From the NCBI GenBank assembly GCA_001643675.2, contig LSRY02000031.1, positions 682,001-746,000 on the forward strand: a DNA stretch of 64,000 nt, in the 5' to 3' direction. The position numbers and the translations under genes were made by a program. Of this stretch, positions 44,693-58,000 are shown piece by piece (the stretch's first letter is position 1; each line of letters begins with the position of its first letter). The notes beneath the pieces are model-generated. The model made no database searches. It saw only the letters and a list, made by a program, of their open reading frames with translations, and was not told where the DNA came from. Source of the stretch: Monocercomonoides exilis PA203 (lineage: Eukaryota > Protista > Preaxostyla).

Positions 44693-45581
44693 AAAGAAGC
44701 GGATAAATAAAGGAATAAAAGCAAGCCATTGGTAAATAGTTGCAAATATATGGCTCTTTGCTTCCAATGACGAAGAATGAGACTTTAAATGAATAATAAA
44801 GAGAACAAGCTTGTGAATGTATGATAGATTATAAATGAATTTATCAATGGAAAATTTTATTTTTATTTTAAATGATTTTATTTCTGATAGTTTTTAGACA
44901 CAAATACATCGTGATAATTATAAAGGAATGTTATATACTTCAATTAAAAGTGTTTGAAATTTTCAAAAAAAAAACAATTAAAACTTGAATATATTCACTT
45001 GTTTTTAAAAATATGTTTTTCTCATTCTTTTTTCTATTTTTTTTCTTGTTCTTTCTTACCTGCTTTCTTTTCTTTCTTTCTTTTTATATATTGGCAACGT
45101 GAATGTTTTTGTTTATTGGTTCTAGGAAATATCTTTGATACTTTTTTTTCTGAAATAATTAATTTTGCTGAATGAACATTATTTTTGGATGTTTTTATCC
45201 AAGATTGATGACATTTCATTGGCAATTTGATTATTTTCTTCTGATTTTCTCTTCTGTCAACAGAAAAAGTTAAACCTTTCTTTTTTTAATTTCGAAAGAG
45301 TCTTTTATTTATTTTTAATTTATTCTTTAAATTCATTTTCTCAGTTTTTGGGCCTATCTGTTCTTTATTATTCACAGATATTCATTTTTATTTTCTATTA
45401 ATTAAAAAAAAAAGCATTCACAAAATAATGATTTATTTTTTTAAAGAAATAATAAAGATAGTTGAGTGCAAAATCTATATTTTCCAATTTCTTACATTTT
45501 GTAATTCTTTTAAGATACACTTCATTTTTGTTTTTGAAATATCTTTGATCACAAATTGATCAATAACCTTTATTCCGAGAA

Positions 45582-46535
45582 ATGTCCTTAGAAAACGAAC
45601 TTGGAGCAACTCCTGGTTCTTCAGATTTGGATTGTATGTGCTACATTGCTTATTTTTGATGTTATCGTTAATATTTCATGTAATATTGTATTTGTAATTC
45701 GTCGCAATATATTTTTCAGTATCACTTCATCCAAGTGGAATAGTACCCAAGCTTCAAAATGTTGTTGCTACGGCTTTTCTTGGGATCAGACTTAATCTTC
45801 GTACAATTGCTTCTAGGATAGCAAATGTGGCTTACAATCCAAGACGTTTTCCTGCTGCTGTTCTTCGAAGCAAAGAGCCCAAAGCAACTGTTTTAATTTT
45901 TGAAAGCGGAAAAATTGTTTGTACAGGTGCACGAGACGAAGATATTGCGCGGGCAGCATCACGAAAAGCAGCAAAATCGATACAAAAAATTGGTTATTTC
46001 ATTTTTAATAATGACTGATAAATGTTTTGCTCATAATGAACTCAGGAGACGCATTAGGAGGGAAAATATCGTTTCAAAGATTTAAAATTGAAAATATAGT
46101 GGGTTTGTCTTTATATTTTCGTTTATTATATGTTATTCGAATATTTTAATTGATTATTGTCAAATTAAATATTTCGCAGCTTCGTGCGATGCAAAGTTCA
46201 AGATACAACTTGATAGGCTTGCTAGAAATCAAGCACAATTTTGTAGAGTGTGCTTTTGAAACATTCAATATGAATGATTGTGATTTGAATATTGATGCAA
46301 TTTTTTAATTAAGTATGAACCTGAAGTTTTTCCTGGTGTTGTCTATCGTCTTTTGGAAGCGGATATAACTTTCATGGTTTTTGCAAGCGGAAAAATTGTT
46401 ATTACAGGAGCGAAAACCAGAGATAGTATGTACAAAGGGTTTGAAGATATCTATCCAATCCTTTTACAATTTGCCAAAGTTCAAAGTGATGGAGAAGGAA
46501 AGGAAAAGGAAAAAAGAGGAAGTAGAACAGGATGA
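45582..46535 (+). CDS. TBP: TATA-box binding protein (5 exons)
   Basis: Manual splice: ...HPSGIVPKLQNVVAT...YNPRRFPAAVLR...ATVLIFESGKIVCTGA...IQKIG|...FKIENIV|ASCDAKFKIQLDRL...FCR|YEPEVFPGVVYRL...MVFASGKIVITGAK...IYPILLQF. All four intercalating Phe are present. Confidence 0.93.
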
Positions 46536-46831
46536 AATGTTTAAAATTTAAGTTGTTTAAAATTTAATTCAAATTAAAATTATTCATTGTAAAATAAATT
46601 ATGCAAAAAGCAAAACAAAACAAAAGGGAAGCACTTCGCTTCGTGCTAGTAATTCAAGATTTTGCGTTATTTAGCAGTTTTTTGAGCAAAGCGTCTTTTC
46701 AATATATCCTGTTTTCTTTCTTTCTATATTTTTCTTTTTCTTTTTTAATTTTCACCTTTATTTATTTTCCCAAAATCAAATATATTTTTCTGAAATGTCA
46801 ATAAGGGAATTTTAAGGATAAATATTGTGAA

Positions 46832-47562
46832 ATGGCATTTCCTTTAGGGAAATTGGGGCAGTCGTCTCCAACTCCGGAGATTACAGAAAGTGAATGTGAT
46901 CTCTTGCCTCATATTGACATCGATAAAGTTATGTGTTTGAATGAGAAACGATCAGGATCCGGAAGATCTGTTATTGCTTCGATATCACGCTTGGAAAGCG
47001 ATTGCGATGAGCAACTCATAGTTGTTGTCCCATTTAAAACAAATGTGAAATTAAGTCAGATATTGTTAACAGTTACATCGTTGGGTATTCATTGTTTTTG
47101 TCTGTTTATTCATTTTATATTATTTCTCAAAAGAAAAATGCCCTTCTGTAATGAAACTTTTCATTAACAAACCAGACTTGAACTTTGATGATGTATCGGA
47201 AATAAAGCCAATTCAAACAAGTTTGAATATTTTTTTTGATAAATATTCAATTTGCTGAACGATTTTCTCAATTGTAGTTAAAATTGATCCGTCTCAGTTA
47301 GCGGGCCATAAAGAAGGAGGAGCAACAAAAATTAATTTGCCTATTGACAAATTAAAATTCCAGGATGTTGCATTTCTCACAATTTTTGTTGAATCAAACA
47401 TTGGCGAAGGAGAAGTGAGCGAGATAAATCATCTTGCGCTAATCGGAATTCCAAAAATGACGATGAAACTACAGAATTGGTTTTATTTTTATTTTAACAA
47501 GGCTTCTTATCAAATATTAATTTATTTTTTCAAAAAATATTTATAGGGAGCCTTCAGGCTGA
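46832..47562 (+). CDS. PITH-domain protein (4 exons)
   Basis: DLLPHIDIDKVMCLNE, LESDCDEQLIVVVPF, P.VMKLFIN, LNFDD, KFQDVAFLTIFVESN...INHLALIG; spliced end ...MKLQNWEPSG* with TGA at 47560-47562. Confidence 0.85.
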
Positions 47563-47576
47563 TGTCCTCGTAGGCG

Positions 47577-49107
47577 TTAAGCATACGTATTTTCTTCAAT
47601 TTCTACTTCAAATCCTCCTTTTCCGACTTTTGAGCGATGTTGATCATTCCTTTCTCCCACTTCTTCTTCCGCTTGTTTCTCAAACTGCTTCATGAATCTG
47701 ATTAAGTGAGAATGTTCGAGATTCAACAATGAAGAAATGTGGGTATGGGGGGAAAAAAGAAGTCTTTCATTTGCTCAATGACAGGGGAAAAAATGGGGAG
47801 GAAAATGAAGCAGAGCGGAGAGAACGCGGATTCTTAGCGCTATTTGCGAAGTGCCGGCAGCACAGCGTGCTTCTCCCACGTTTTATTCTTTCCTTCTTTC
47901 TATCTTTTAAACTTTGCTTCTTTCCTTCTTTCCCTTTTATTCGGTTGCATCGAACGAACACCCTCGTTTCTGCAGTCAAAGCGATGAAGGCATCTGCAAA
48001 TAGAAATTCCTGTGTGATGAATGGGAATACATGAAATTAATGCGGATTATGATGATAATGATGATGATAATGATATGCCTTCATTATGATCATTTAATGC
48101 GGATGCTTATAGAAAAAACAGCATTTTTTGTTGTTTTTTTTTTGGATTTTGCCTGCAAGATGAGCTGTTGCATTTATAAGGGAAAAAAGGAAAGGAAAGG
48201 AAAAGAAAAGTTAAGATAAGATAAGATAAGAAAAAATAAACGTGTAGATGAGTTCGAGGAATCGTGAAAAGAGAAGAGAAAGAGAAGAAGAAAAAGAGAA
48301 GAAATAAATGGATGAGACATAATTGGTTGAAGCAATCAAGTATGCTTATGTTTTTTTAACTGTTTTCCAATTAACTTCTTATTTTTATTTCTTTTTAATT
48401 AAGTTTAGCGTTTCTTTATGTCTTTCTTCACTGTTTTCTTCTTCTTCTTCTTCTTCTTTCATCATCGTCTTCTTTTTTCAGCTTCTTCGACTCATCGATC
48501 AAATTTTTACAAATGAGGAGTGCTGCTTGTACTTCATCTTAATTTATATTTATTTTTATTTGACGCTATTGTCAATGTGCAATTAATTACTTATCATTGC
48601 TTCTTTTTCTGCTTCTTCAAATTCATTTTATTCTTCTGCTTCTTCAAATTCTTCTTCTGCTGCTGCTACTTCTTTTACTACGGCTATTTCTTCTATTATC
48701 TATCATTTGAAGAACTGCTTTATCTTTTGATTTTCTTCAAATTCTTCTTCTGCTGCTTCAAATTCCTCTTCTTCACCTCCTTCTCCTTCAACTACTACTT
48801 TTTCTTCTTTTTCTCCTCCTCCTTCTTAGTTCAATTAATGAATTTCTTTCTTATCCTTCATGTTATTTCTTTGAAAATGTGAAACTTGATAATTTTTTTA
48901 TTCTTCTGACCGATTTTTATTCATTTTTTTTTGTATGATATTTTTTTTAACGAAATGTTTTTGCGGCTGAAAGGGAGAGAAAGAGTGAGGACGAGTGAGA
49001 GAAAGAAAGGATGAAAGAAAGGACGGAAGGACGAAAGAGAGAGAAAGAGAAAGAAAGAAAGAAAGAAAGAAAAAGAGAAAGAGAAAGAAAGAAAGAAAGA
49101 AAGAGAA

Positions 49108-49150
<43 letters not shown>

Positions 49151-49600
49151 AAGATTAATCAAGAAATTCATTTTTTTGCTGGAAATAAAAAATGCTGACA
49201 ATTTGCTTTGGGCCTGCTCCTTCTGTTTCTGTCTGACGAGACTCCACGAAACCTCTCTGAGGAGTGGACAATGCTGCTGGCAGCAGCCGTCTCCGATTAG
49301 CAGACTGCCACTTCGCACAATTTTTTTTTCTCTGATCTTTTTTTTCTTCTTCTTCTTTTCTTTTCTGCTTCTTTGTGTTTTTTATTTATTATTTTTTTTT
49401 ATAATAATAATTTTTATTATTATAAAGAGAAATAAAAAAGAAAAAAGAAAGAAAGAAAAGAGAGATTGAGAGAGAGAATTGTGCATTTTTGGAGAAGCAC
49501 ACCAACCAACGTCCCTTTCCTCATTTGGAAGGTTGCTGGCCCCTGCAAACTCAGAAGATTCAGCAAAGAAATGAAATTGGCTGCAAAAGTTGAAGGAAAT
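47577..49600 (-). pseudogene. Possible decayed multi-exon gene with a Glu/Lys-rich segment
   Basis: Exon-like GC-richer patches (about 47577-47690, 47800-48000, 49200-49320, 49480-49585) and a Glu-rich minus frame at 48520-48862 interrupted by stops; cannot be assembled into an intact gene. Confidence 0.3.
49035..49148. repeat. (GAAA)n/(GA)n microsatellite
   Basis: Purine-only tandem repeats. Confidence 0.85.
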
Positions 49601-49975
49601 GAAGATAATAATAATTTGATGCTAATTTATTTTTGCTATTTTCATTTGATAATTTTTTTTTCCAAATTTCAAAAAGAAATGATGTTTAGAATGTTCAAAG
49701 CAGAATGCATTCGTTTCGCTTTATCGCATTTCTAATAATAATCCTAATAAATATTTTTAAAAGCTAGTATGAATTCTGAAACTTTTTCTGCTTAAATCAT
49801 TTATTTTTGAAATGTTTATTAAAATGTTGTTGCTCGTTCTGTTTATTATCCTGTTGTTGAACAACATTAACGTTTTCAAAAATATTATTGAAGCAAAAGT
49901 CAATTTCATATTCACATCATGAACCTTTAACTGTTCAAAATCAGTCTTTTTTCGCACAAAGCATTAATTGATATA

Positions 49976-50372
49976 CAGTTTGCGCAAAGAATTCCGGATA
50001 TCGCACAAAATGCCGGACAAGATCGATATCTCAATAGCAGCAAGAGGAATAATTCTGACAAATTTCCTCAATAAATATCTCAACAATGCAAACTCAGTTG
50101 ATAAACGTGACTTTTAAAACAGCTTCATTTATGCTCAGAAATAAATAATTATTAAAATTTCGGAGAAATAGGATATTGAGTATCTCCGAAATTTCAAAAA
50201 TTGATATTTCTGAGCACAAATGAAGCTGTTTTGAAAGTCTCGTTTATCAATTGAGTTTGTATTGAAGAGATATATTTTGAGGAAATTTGACAGAATTTTT
50301 CTTTTTGCTGTAATTGAGATATAGATCTTGTCCGGTATTTTTTGCGATGTCTGGTATTTTTCGAACAAACTG
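49976..50372. mobile_element. Foldback MITE-like element, family 2 (arms about 190 bp, very short loop, TA|CAG terminus)
   Basis: CAGTTTGCGCAAAGAATTCCGGATATCGCACAAAATGCCGGACAAGATC... pairs with ...GATCTTGTCCGGTATTTTTTGCGATGTCTGGTATTTTTCGAACAAACTG; the left end is preceded by TA. Confidence 0.82.
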
Positions 50373-51024
50373 AACAACTGACCATCTTTTTTTTATTTCA
50401 TAAAAAATTCGAAAAACAATGTTTCCCATTTAAATCCATATTAAAACAGAATTGAAATAAACTTTATTTTTTAATAAAAGTTTGTTCTGAATTATCTTTT
50501 TTTTTTTTTTAACAATTAATAATAATTTATTGGGTTTTTGTTTTTGTTGTCGAACTTTTTTCAATCAAAAATTTCGCAATGAATATTTGGAAGGAATATT
50601 ATTTATACGATCACAATAAAGTGATTCATTATAAATTATTCAAATTCGAAATATAACAATTCGAATACGAAAAATAATTATTTGATTTTTTCTGAAAAAA
50701 TTGGGGGTGTTTTTTCCTCATCGTGATGATGGATTTCAAAAAATAAAGTTTTGTTTGGTGATAATTTTTGGAATCATAACTTTTTTCTGGGTGCTAATAA
50801 TTCAAAAATTTTGTTTCTTCGAAAAAAGAATAATTAATTAAAGTGAAAAATGCTTTATTACAGTTTTATAAATACTATTTCAGATAAGATTCATGAGAGA
50901 ATTATCGTTGAAAGGAGTTTTAACTTTTCAGTGTTCATTTTTCAGTTCTAAAAGTTTATTCACTTGCAGAGATTTTTTATTAAGAATATTTAAATCTCAA
51001 AAATTTTTATTCATATTATGTGAA

Positions 51025-51253
51025 ATTCTTTTCGAAAAGTCGTAATTGTTTGATTCAATTAATAATAAAAATTTGAATATCTTGATCTAATTTCTGTTCC
51101 TGCTCACGAATTTACACACTATTGTATGCAATAGCATTGGAAAGAAATAGATACCAAATTAATGAAGTTTCGAGAGCGTGAACAAAAATTTGATCAAAAT
51201 TTAATATTATTAAAATTTTTTCAATTAAACATTCACGACTTTTCAAAAAGAAT
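51025..51253. mobile_element. Foldback/MITE-like palindrome, family 1, copy 2
   Basis: CTTTTCGAAAAGTCGT...GATCTAATTTCTGTTCCTGCTCACGAATTT and GAAGTTTCGAGAGCGTGAACAAAAATTTGATC...ACGACTTTTCAAAAAG; same core and similar size as 7614..7838. Confidence 0.7.
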
Positions 51254-52001
51254 AACTAATATGTTCCAACAACTGAAATTGAAATTGCTGATAGAAAAAA
51301 GAAATGAGAAAAACAAATAACTGAATAACAATAATTCTGGTGAGGTGCATGAATATACACAAATAAGATGAATAAAATATAGACATAAAAACTTTCTAAT
51401 AAGAATAGAAAATCAAAGCTAAAACAAAGAGTGATGATAATAAAGATAATGTCTATTTCTACACAAAATTAAAACACTTTTTATATTAAACTGATTGTGA
51501 AAAATGATGAATATTTCAATATTTGTTACTGCACAAAGCAGTCGAAAACACAAAAGTCGGAGTTACAATAAAAAAAAACAAAATCACAGAAAATGAACTG
51601 ATACCGAGTGTGCATTTCCCCTTTGCTCAAACACTCGCTAAGTTAGCAAGTCGCTCCTCATGCAAAAACAAAGTGTCAGTCATTTTCCCTGAATCGATTA
51701 ATCTTTTCATTATTATTGAATGTTAGTCTTTCTGAAAGAAATATCTCAATTTGGCAGTTTGTTTTTTTTTTTTTGATTATTTGCCAATGAGGAATAAGTC
51801 TTTGTCTTTTCTGGCTTTTCATTTTTCATGTCCCATCCAATAATTCTCTTTGAAACAATTTCTTTATGCAAACTCTTGTGCTTTACAGCCAACTTCAATT
51901 TCCACTTCCTTTGTCCTTCTTTCTGCTTCACTTTCCTCATCTCCCAATTGTTGCTCTATTCATTCATCGTTCTCTTCCCTTTCTTGTTTTTTCCGCTGTT
52001 T

Positions 52002-55000
52002 TTATTCAATTTTCATATTTTCAGACTCGCCTTCCGTTCCAATTTCCTTGGATTCTCTTTCATTGCCTTTGCTCTCTTGCATCAGCCCCAATGCATCCGT
52101 CACTGTGAGCATCGCTGCTCCTGGAGGAAAGTTTCCAATCAGCTCTCTCTTCACATCTCCCAGTGATATGCGATCCTCACTTTCTGTCCGAGTGCACGCA
52201 ATGATCAATCCACCCAGATTGCTCCCTTCAGTCTTCAAAAAGTCTGGTCGCTCCCCATTCGCTATCTTCTGCCCTGCCACCACTCCCTCATACTCCCCAA
52301 ACGGGATCTCCAGCGTCACACACTCCCACACCATCATCCCAATCGAAAACACCACTGACTCCTTCGTCGCCCCCATCTTCTTGTTCATCTGCAGCTCTGG
52401 CGCCTTCCACCTCAGGCACTCCTTTCTGAAGGCATCCTCATCCTCTTCAAATGCTGATGAGGGAAGGGAGTCATCATCATCATCATCACCATTATCACTG
52501 GCAGATGTGACAACGGTTGATGATGAGATGGAGGATGAATCTGAATCATCATCTGACAATAAGTCAGAGTGCATCACAATACAGATCACCATGTGCTCTG
52601 AGAACAGAACAATGTGTGGGCTCAGATTATTCAATGACTGAAGTGGGTTTTCCATTTCATCAAACGAGTGGAGTGCCCCATTCGCCACCCAGAACAACAC
52701 CTGTGCAGCTGTTTGTTCTCTTTCTTTCAACGAGCCAATCGCCATCTCCTTCTTCGCATTCCTTCCATGCAACAGCATGAATAGTGAATCCCTCAGATCC
52801 ACAATCAGCTTCTCATGAGGAGATGAGCATGCCATGGCATCCACCAGGTTTGACATTGATGAGGTGGTTGGACACAAATCCTCCCCTCGAACAAATGTTG
52901 AATCTGAATCAGTTGTTGAAGTGGATGAAATGGAAGGCGATGGTGATCTCTTTCGAATCTCTTCTTCTTCAACCTTCTCAAGAGCCCAATCAGGAATCTT
53001 GTCTGAATCTCTTCCAAGAATGTATTCTGTTGAGCCACTCTCAGAAAGAAGATGTTCCGATGACTCTGAGTGTCCCAAGCTTTTTTCATAAACTCTCTTC
53101 TTTATCCTCTCTTCATTCTTCTTCTCTGCCTCCCTCTCTGCTCTCCTCCACTGCTCCTCAGGTGACATCTCCATCGTCACCATCTCAAATGCCTTTGGAT
53201 CCTTTTTCACTGTGTCATTCACAATCTCTTCCAATTCTTCTGTTCTTCTCTTTTGTCTCCTCCATCTAACAGCCAATATCACTGCCACAATTAGAATAAT
53301 CAATAATATCACAATAAGCACAATAACAATCAACAACAAATACGATTTCCCTTCTTTTCCTCCTTCAGCAAGTTTTTCTTCTCCATTTGTTTTTGATTCG
53401 CTCTTGTTCTTCAGAATGAATGAATCAGTGGATGATGGATTATTTCCATCCCCAAACAGAATGCACACACTCACTTCCACCCCTTCTCCTGCTTCTGTTA
53501 TCATCTCTTTTGGCAGTCTCCCTTCAACTTCGATCTCTGACACACATCCACTTTCATCAAACTCATATTTTTCAATCTGCTTTTCTTCTCCAATCTGCTT
53601 CACAACCATGAATGACAAGTCGCATGGCAGCAGCTCCTTCCCTTTGAACACAATCTCCACTTCTTCTCCCACTTCCTTTGCTTCAACACACTCCAACACT
53701 GGAACGAAGAATGGAGATGACCTCTCGGAAATAATTCCCTCAAAATTGCATCCTTCATTCAGAATCCAAAGTGAAGAATTATCTTTAACCCCATCTCCTC
53801 CTTTCAAACTCATCACATTCAATGTTCCAGAATCTGAGCAAATAATGTTTCGACGAAGAGAGGGATATTTATCAATAAATGGATTGTTGTTCTCAAATCT
53901 TCCATCTTTGATAATTATTGTGCCTCCACTCACACTCAACCCTCCCTTCGATGAGTTGCAAATCGTGGTGTCTCTCACAACTGCTTCACTCTTCGACAAG
54001 TCAACAATTGACCCATTCCATTTGCAAACTTCATCAGCAACTCCATTCCCTTCTGTTCCTGTTTCCAGATTCCCCTCAAACACGCACAAATCGATTAACA
54101 TTTTGTTTGCATTTGTTATCGTTACCTGGCTCCCCTTTGATGATTCTGATGTGCACTCATGAAAAGAGCAGTTGCACATCTCAAATCCACTCATCGGCTG
54201 ACTTGTGCAAACAATGCAAGACCCATCACTCGATCGGCTGATGTTTCTGAATGAAGACAACACCAATGACAAAACGAGTGATGAGTGGATGTTTTCAAGT
54301 GAGATCAGGCTTCTCTCTTCCAACTCAATATTTGTGGCTGCAAGCTTCGAAACACTCACTTTCTCACTTTTCCCACATTCAATCAACGAACTCTTGCATT
54401 CCACATCATCCACTCCCACATCCTCAAATGTTACCCTTTCTGAATGCAATATCATGAACACAGGCTTCGAGAATTTCAAGTGGCCAATACTGCACTTTTC
54501 TGCCTCAAACAACCCTTCTTCAACAACAATCAGAGAAAATTCAAAAATGGTCTGTGTATTTTCTGCTGTTCTGCTCTCTGACAAGAATGAAACAGATTCC
54601 AGAATGAGAGATCCATTCAGCTGGTGTATCAAGCACGAGCAGACAACATTCCCCATTCCACCAAAAACAAATGATACCTTCTCAATTCGAACAGATTCCG
54701 AGGTTCTCACAGCTCCCTCATTCCCAACCTCAATCTCTCTCACTTTTATCTCCCCATTCCTGCTCGCCTCCATCGACTTGATCGTCACCTTCTCAGCTGA
54801 ACACGAACCAGTCAATTCTGTTTCATTCCAAACAAACAGCTGCGAATAATCCGATGGGATGATGTGGCTCACCCCAACATTCAGCGATGAGCATGTGCTC
54901 TTCATCTCCCCACACTGCTTGCTGTCGCTGCTGTTCTCCACAATCGATGAAACAAATATGAATTCGCTCCTGAACACAAACACCCTCCTCAGAAGATCCT

Positions 55001-58000
55001 CTTCATCCCCATAATTGTCTGCTGTGCACCCCCATATCGCCAGCTCCCTCACAAATGGCTCCCCAAAATTTATCAGGAACTGTGACTCACTTATCTGCGA
55101 GTCAAGATCTGTGCACTTCACAAACACATCTCTCCCCTTCGATGCAACATTCTGAAGGAATGTGATGTTCGACAGCACAAATGGCAAAGTCTTCTGTGAG
55201 ACACTCTGTGATTTCAAAAACAGTCCTCCACCTCTCCCAATATTCGAGCAGAAACACCCTGTCACATTTGTGTGATTCACTTCCAGTCTCCCCCTCTCAT
55301 TGAGAAGGAAAAACACCCCTCCTCCTTCATTCGAGCTTGTCGATCCACAATTGTCAATCGTTGAATTCTCCATTCTCAATCTCACTTCATTTGAAATATC
55401 ACAACAAAGCAATGAGGGGTTGCTTGACACATTGTGCTTCACATTCACAAATGTGCATTGTTCAAATAGAATATTCCATATTTCTCCTTCATTATCATTC
55501 CCAATTCCAGGAATCACACTTTCACTCATCGCAATTGCACTTTTCCCACTCAATGAAATATCTTCAAATGTCACGTTGTTTATGGTTGTCACGCAACCAG
55601 CTGATATGCTCATTATCTCATGCATCGTTGAGAATCCAGCTATTTCTGTCTTTTCAATCGAAACAATTCCTTTCAATGCACCGATCAGCACAAATGACAC
55701 TTCACTTTCAGCATTGCCAATTGTGTGAATTGAGCATCCAATAACACTCGTTTTGATTGCTTCTGATCCTGCTTGGATAAGGATGTTTGCTCCGTTGTCA
55801 AAGGCACTGGGAAACAGAATCCCCAATTCACTGAATTGAGCATCCCCTTTGCACTCAACAGAAGCATCCCCATTCCCTTCAATTGTTTGAGCAAATTGGA
55901 TTTTGTCTGATTCCATATTTGTTCCTTCCACCTTCATCCCATTCATCTCAATCACACTCCTCACATCACAAATCCCATGAACTGCAATTGATTCAATCCC
56001 CAAACTTCTCCCTCGCTTCACCCCATAATCAACAGATCTGCATGGATACTCCAACAACCCACACACAACCACATTGTTTCCTTCCTCTGCAATATACACA
56101 CTCGATCCAACAGATTTCCAGAAATAGATCAACGGGATTGCACACTCCTTGTTTTCTCCATCATATCCTCTCATCGAGTCTTCTGTCAGCAACTCCAGTC
56201 TGTCTTTCACAAATGGAAGTGTTTCGTTCTTGATGCTCTTGGCAAGCGATGGAGATGAAATGAACAGATCCTTCCCATATTTCGCATTGTTTGGCTTCCC
56301 AGATGAAAAAACTGGTGAGGATATCACAAACCCTGCTTTTCCTTCTTCTTCTTCTTTCAGCATTTTCAGCATTATTCCTCCTCCATATCCAACACTTCCC
56401 TCTTCATTTGGTGCTGTGCAACAATAAAACGAACACAAATTTATCAAAAGATTCGTTTTCGAAGATGCCTCACAAAAGAGTGCACCTCCTCCAATCTCAG
56501 TTCCCTCCTCTCCAGTAATAGCACACCCTTCAAATGTGCAGTCATTTATTTTCACTTTGAAATCTCTTCCATCATCATTGTCATCATCCTTGTTCGATAC
56601 GCTTATGCATCCTCCACTTCCCCGTGAACGAGTAATCGATGAAAATGTGCATCCTGATATCTTCTCTATAATCCCTTCGTGGCACTCAACAACACACCCG
56701 TCTCCAAATGTGACCACTCCAAAATTGCTTTTCGTCATATTCATCGAAGGCACACTTTCTGCATTCCCTTCAACAACAAATATCGATGAATCTCCAATTT
56801 TCATATTCTCTGATCCAAACTCACTCACCTCCACAACCCCTCCAACAGCCTTCACAAACACTGTCGAAACAGTCTCAACGCCTCCTTCCATCCCACATTT
56901 GTTCAGTGTGAGCTTCCCTGAATGGCACTCAAACACACTTTCATGAAAGGTCAGCGATTTCTTCAAAGAGAAGATAACTCCAGTCACAGACACAGAAACT
57001 GTGTTTTCAATCAATCCACTTTGAGCTCCCTCTTTCTGATCACAAACATCACACTTCATCTCATTCGCTTTGGATGCAATGCTCCATTCATGTGAAGTCA
57101 ACTCCAATTCCTCCTCAAAGCCAAATGGCTCAAGAAGAGCAACATCCTTTTTCTTCCCTTCAAAATGGATTGTGGCTGCCTTCCAAATGGATGAACACGG
57201 AAACTCTTCAAATCCACACTTCGAGAAATCATGGCTCAGTGATCCTCCTCCCACAAACGCTGGTGCTGAAAAGTTGTTCCACAAATAGACACACAGCGGA
57301 ATAGGGAACGATTCATCCCCATTTTCATATCCTTGCATCTTGCTCTTTGTTTCCAATGAAGCTGTCAATGAAGTGATCTTCTCACTTGTTGCAGTTGATT
57401 CCAGATCGATTGAGTCAACAAAAATGTCACTTCCCCATCTGGCCCTGTTCCCTTCAAATCCTGATGAAATCAGAAAGTCTGCACTTATGTCTTTCACTTT
57501 CAGCCCAATTCCTCCTCCTCTGCCTTGTGTGGCTGAGGCATAACAGTTCTTCACAATGCCTCCATTCATCTTCAATGAACCAATATTCCCCATTTCAGCC
57601 ATCATTCCCCCTCCAAACTCACAGTCTTCATTCCCACAGCCATCAATCGTGCATCCATCAAGAGTTATCGAATGTGACCCTTCACTCACACTCATCAGCG
57701 ATGATCCTGCTGTTGTTCTCACAATGTTGCTGAACACACAGTTATTTAAAGAAAATATAACTGAGGATTCTTGAGGCAGAGATATCACACTCGTGGTGCT
57801 GAATGTTTGTCCCCATTTCACATCTTGCATCTTCAACTCTCCCCCTTCCACATTCACAAGTGAGTTCTGAATGCTCCTCTCTTCCGAATGAGCTGAATCC
57901 ATCGATATGTTCATTCGCTTCACATCCATCAACCCACTTCCCTCAACCTCAAACAGTCTGCATTGCCTGTTGCTTTCATATGAGGTGTTGTGGATCACAG

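Noticed and set aside
47547-47735. PITH gene TGA read as selenocysteine (…WEPSG-U-CPRRR*) with a downstream hairpin at about 47688-47734
   Set aside because: The hairpin pairs its ATGA canonically and lacks the GA/GA quartet and AA spacing of a SECIS; the protein already ends at a plausible PITH C-terminus.
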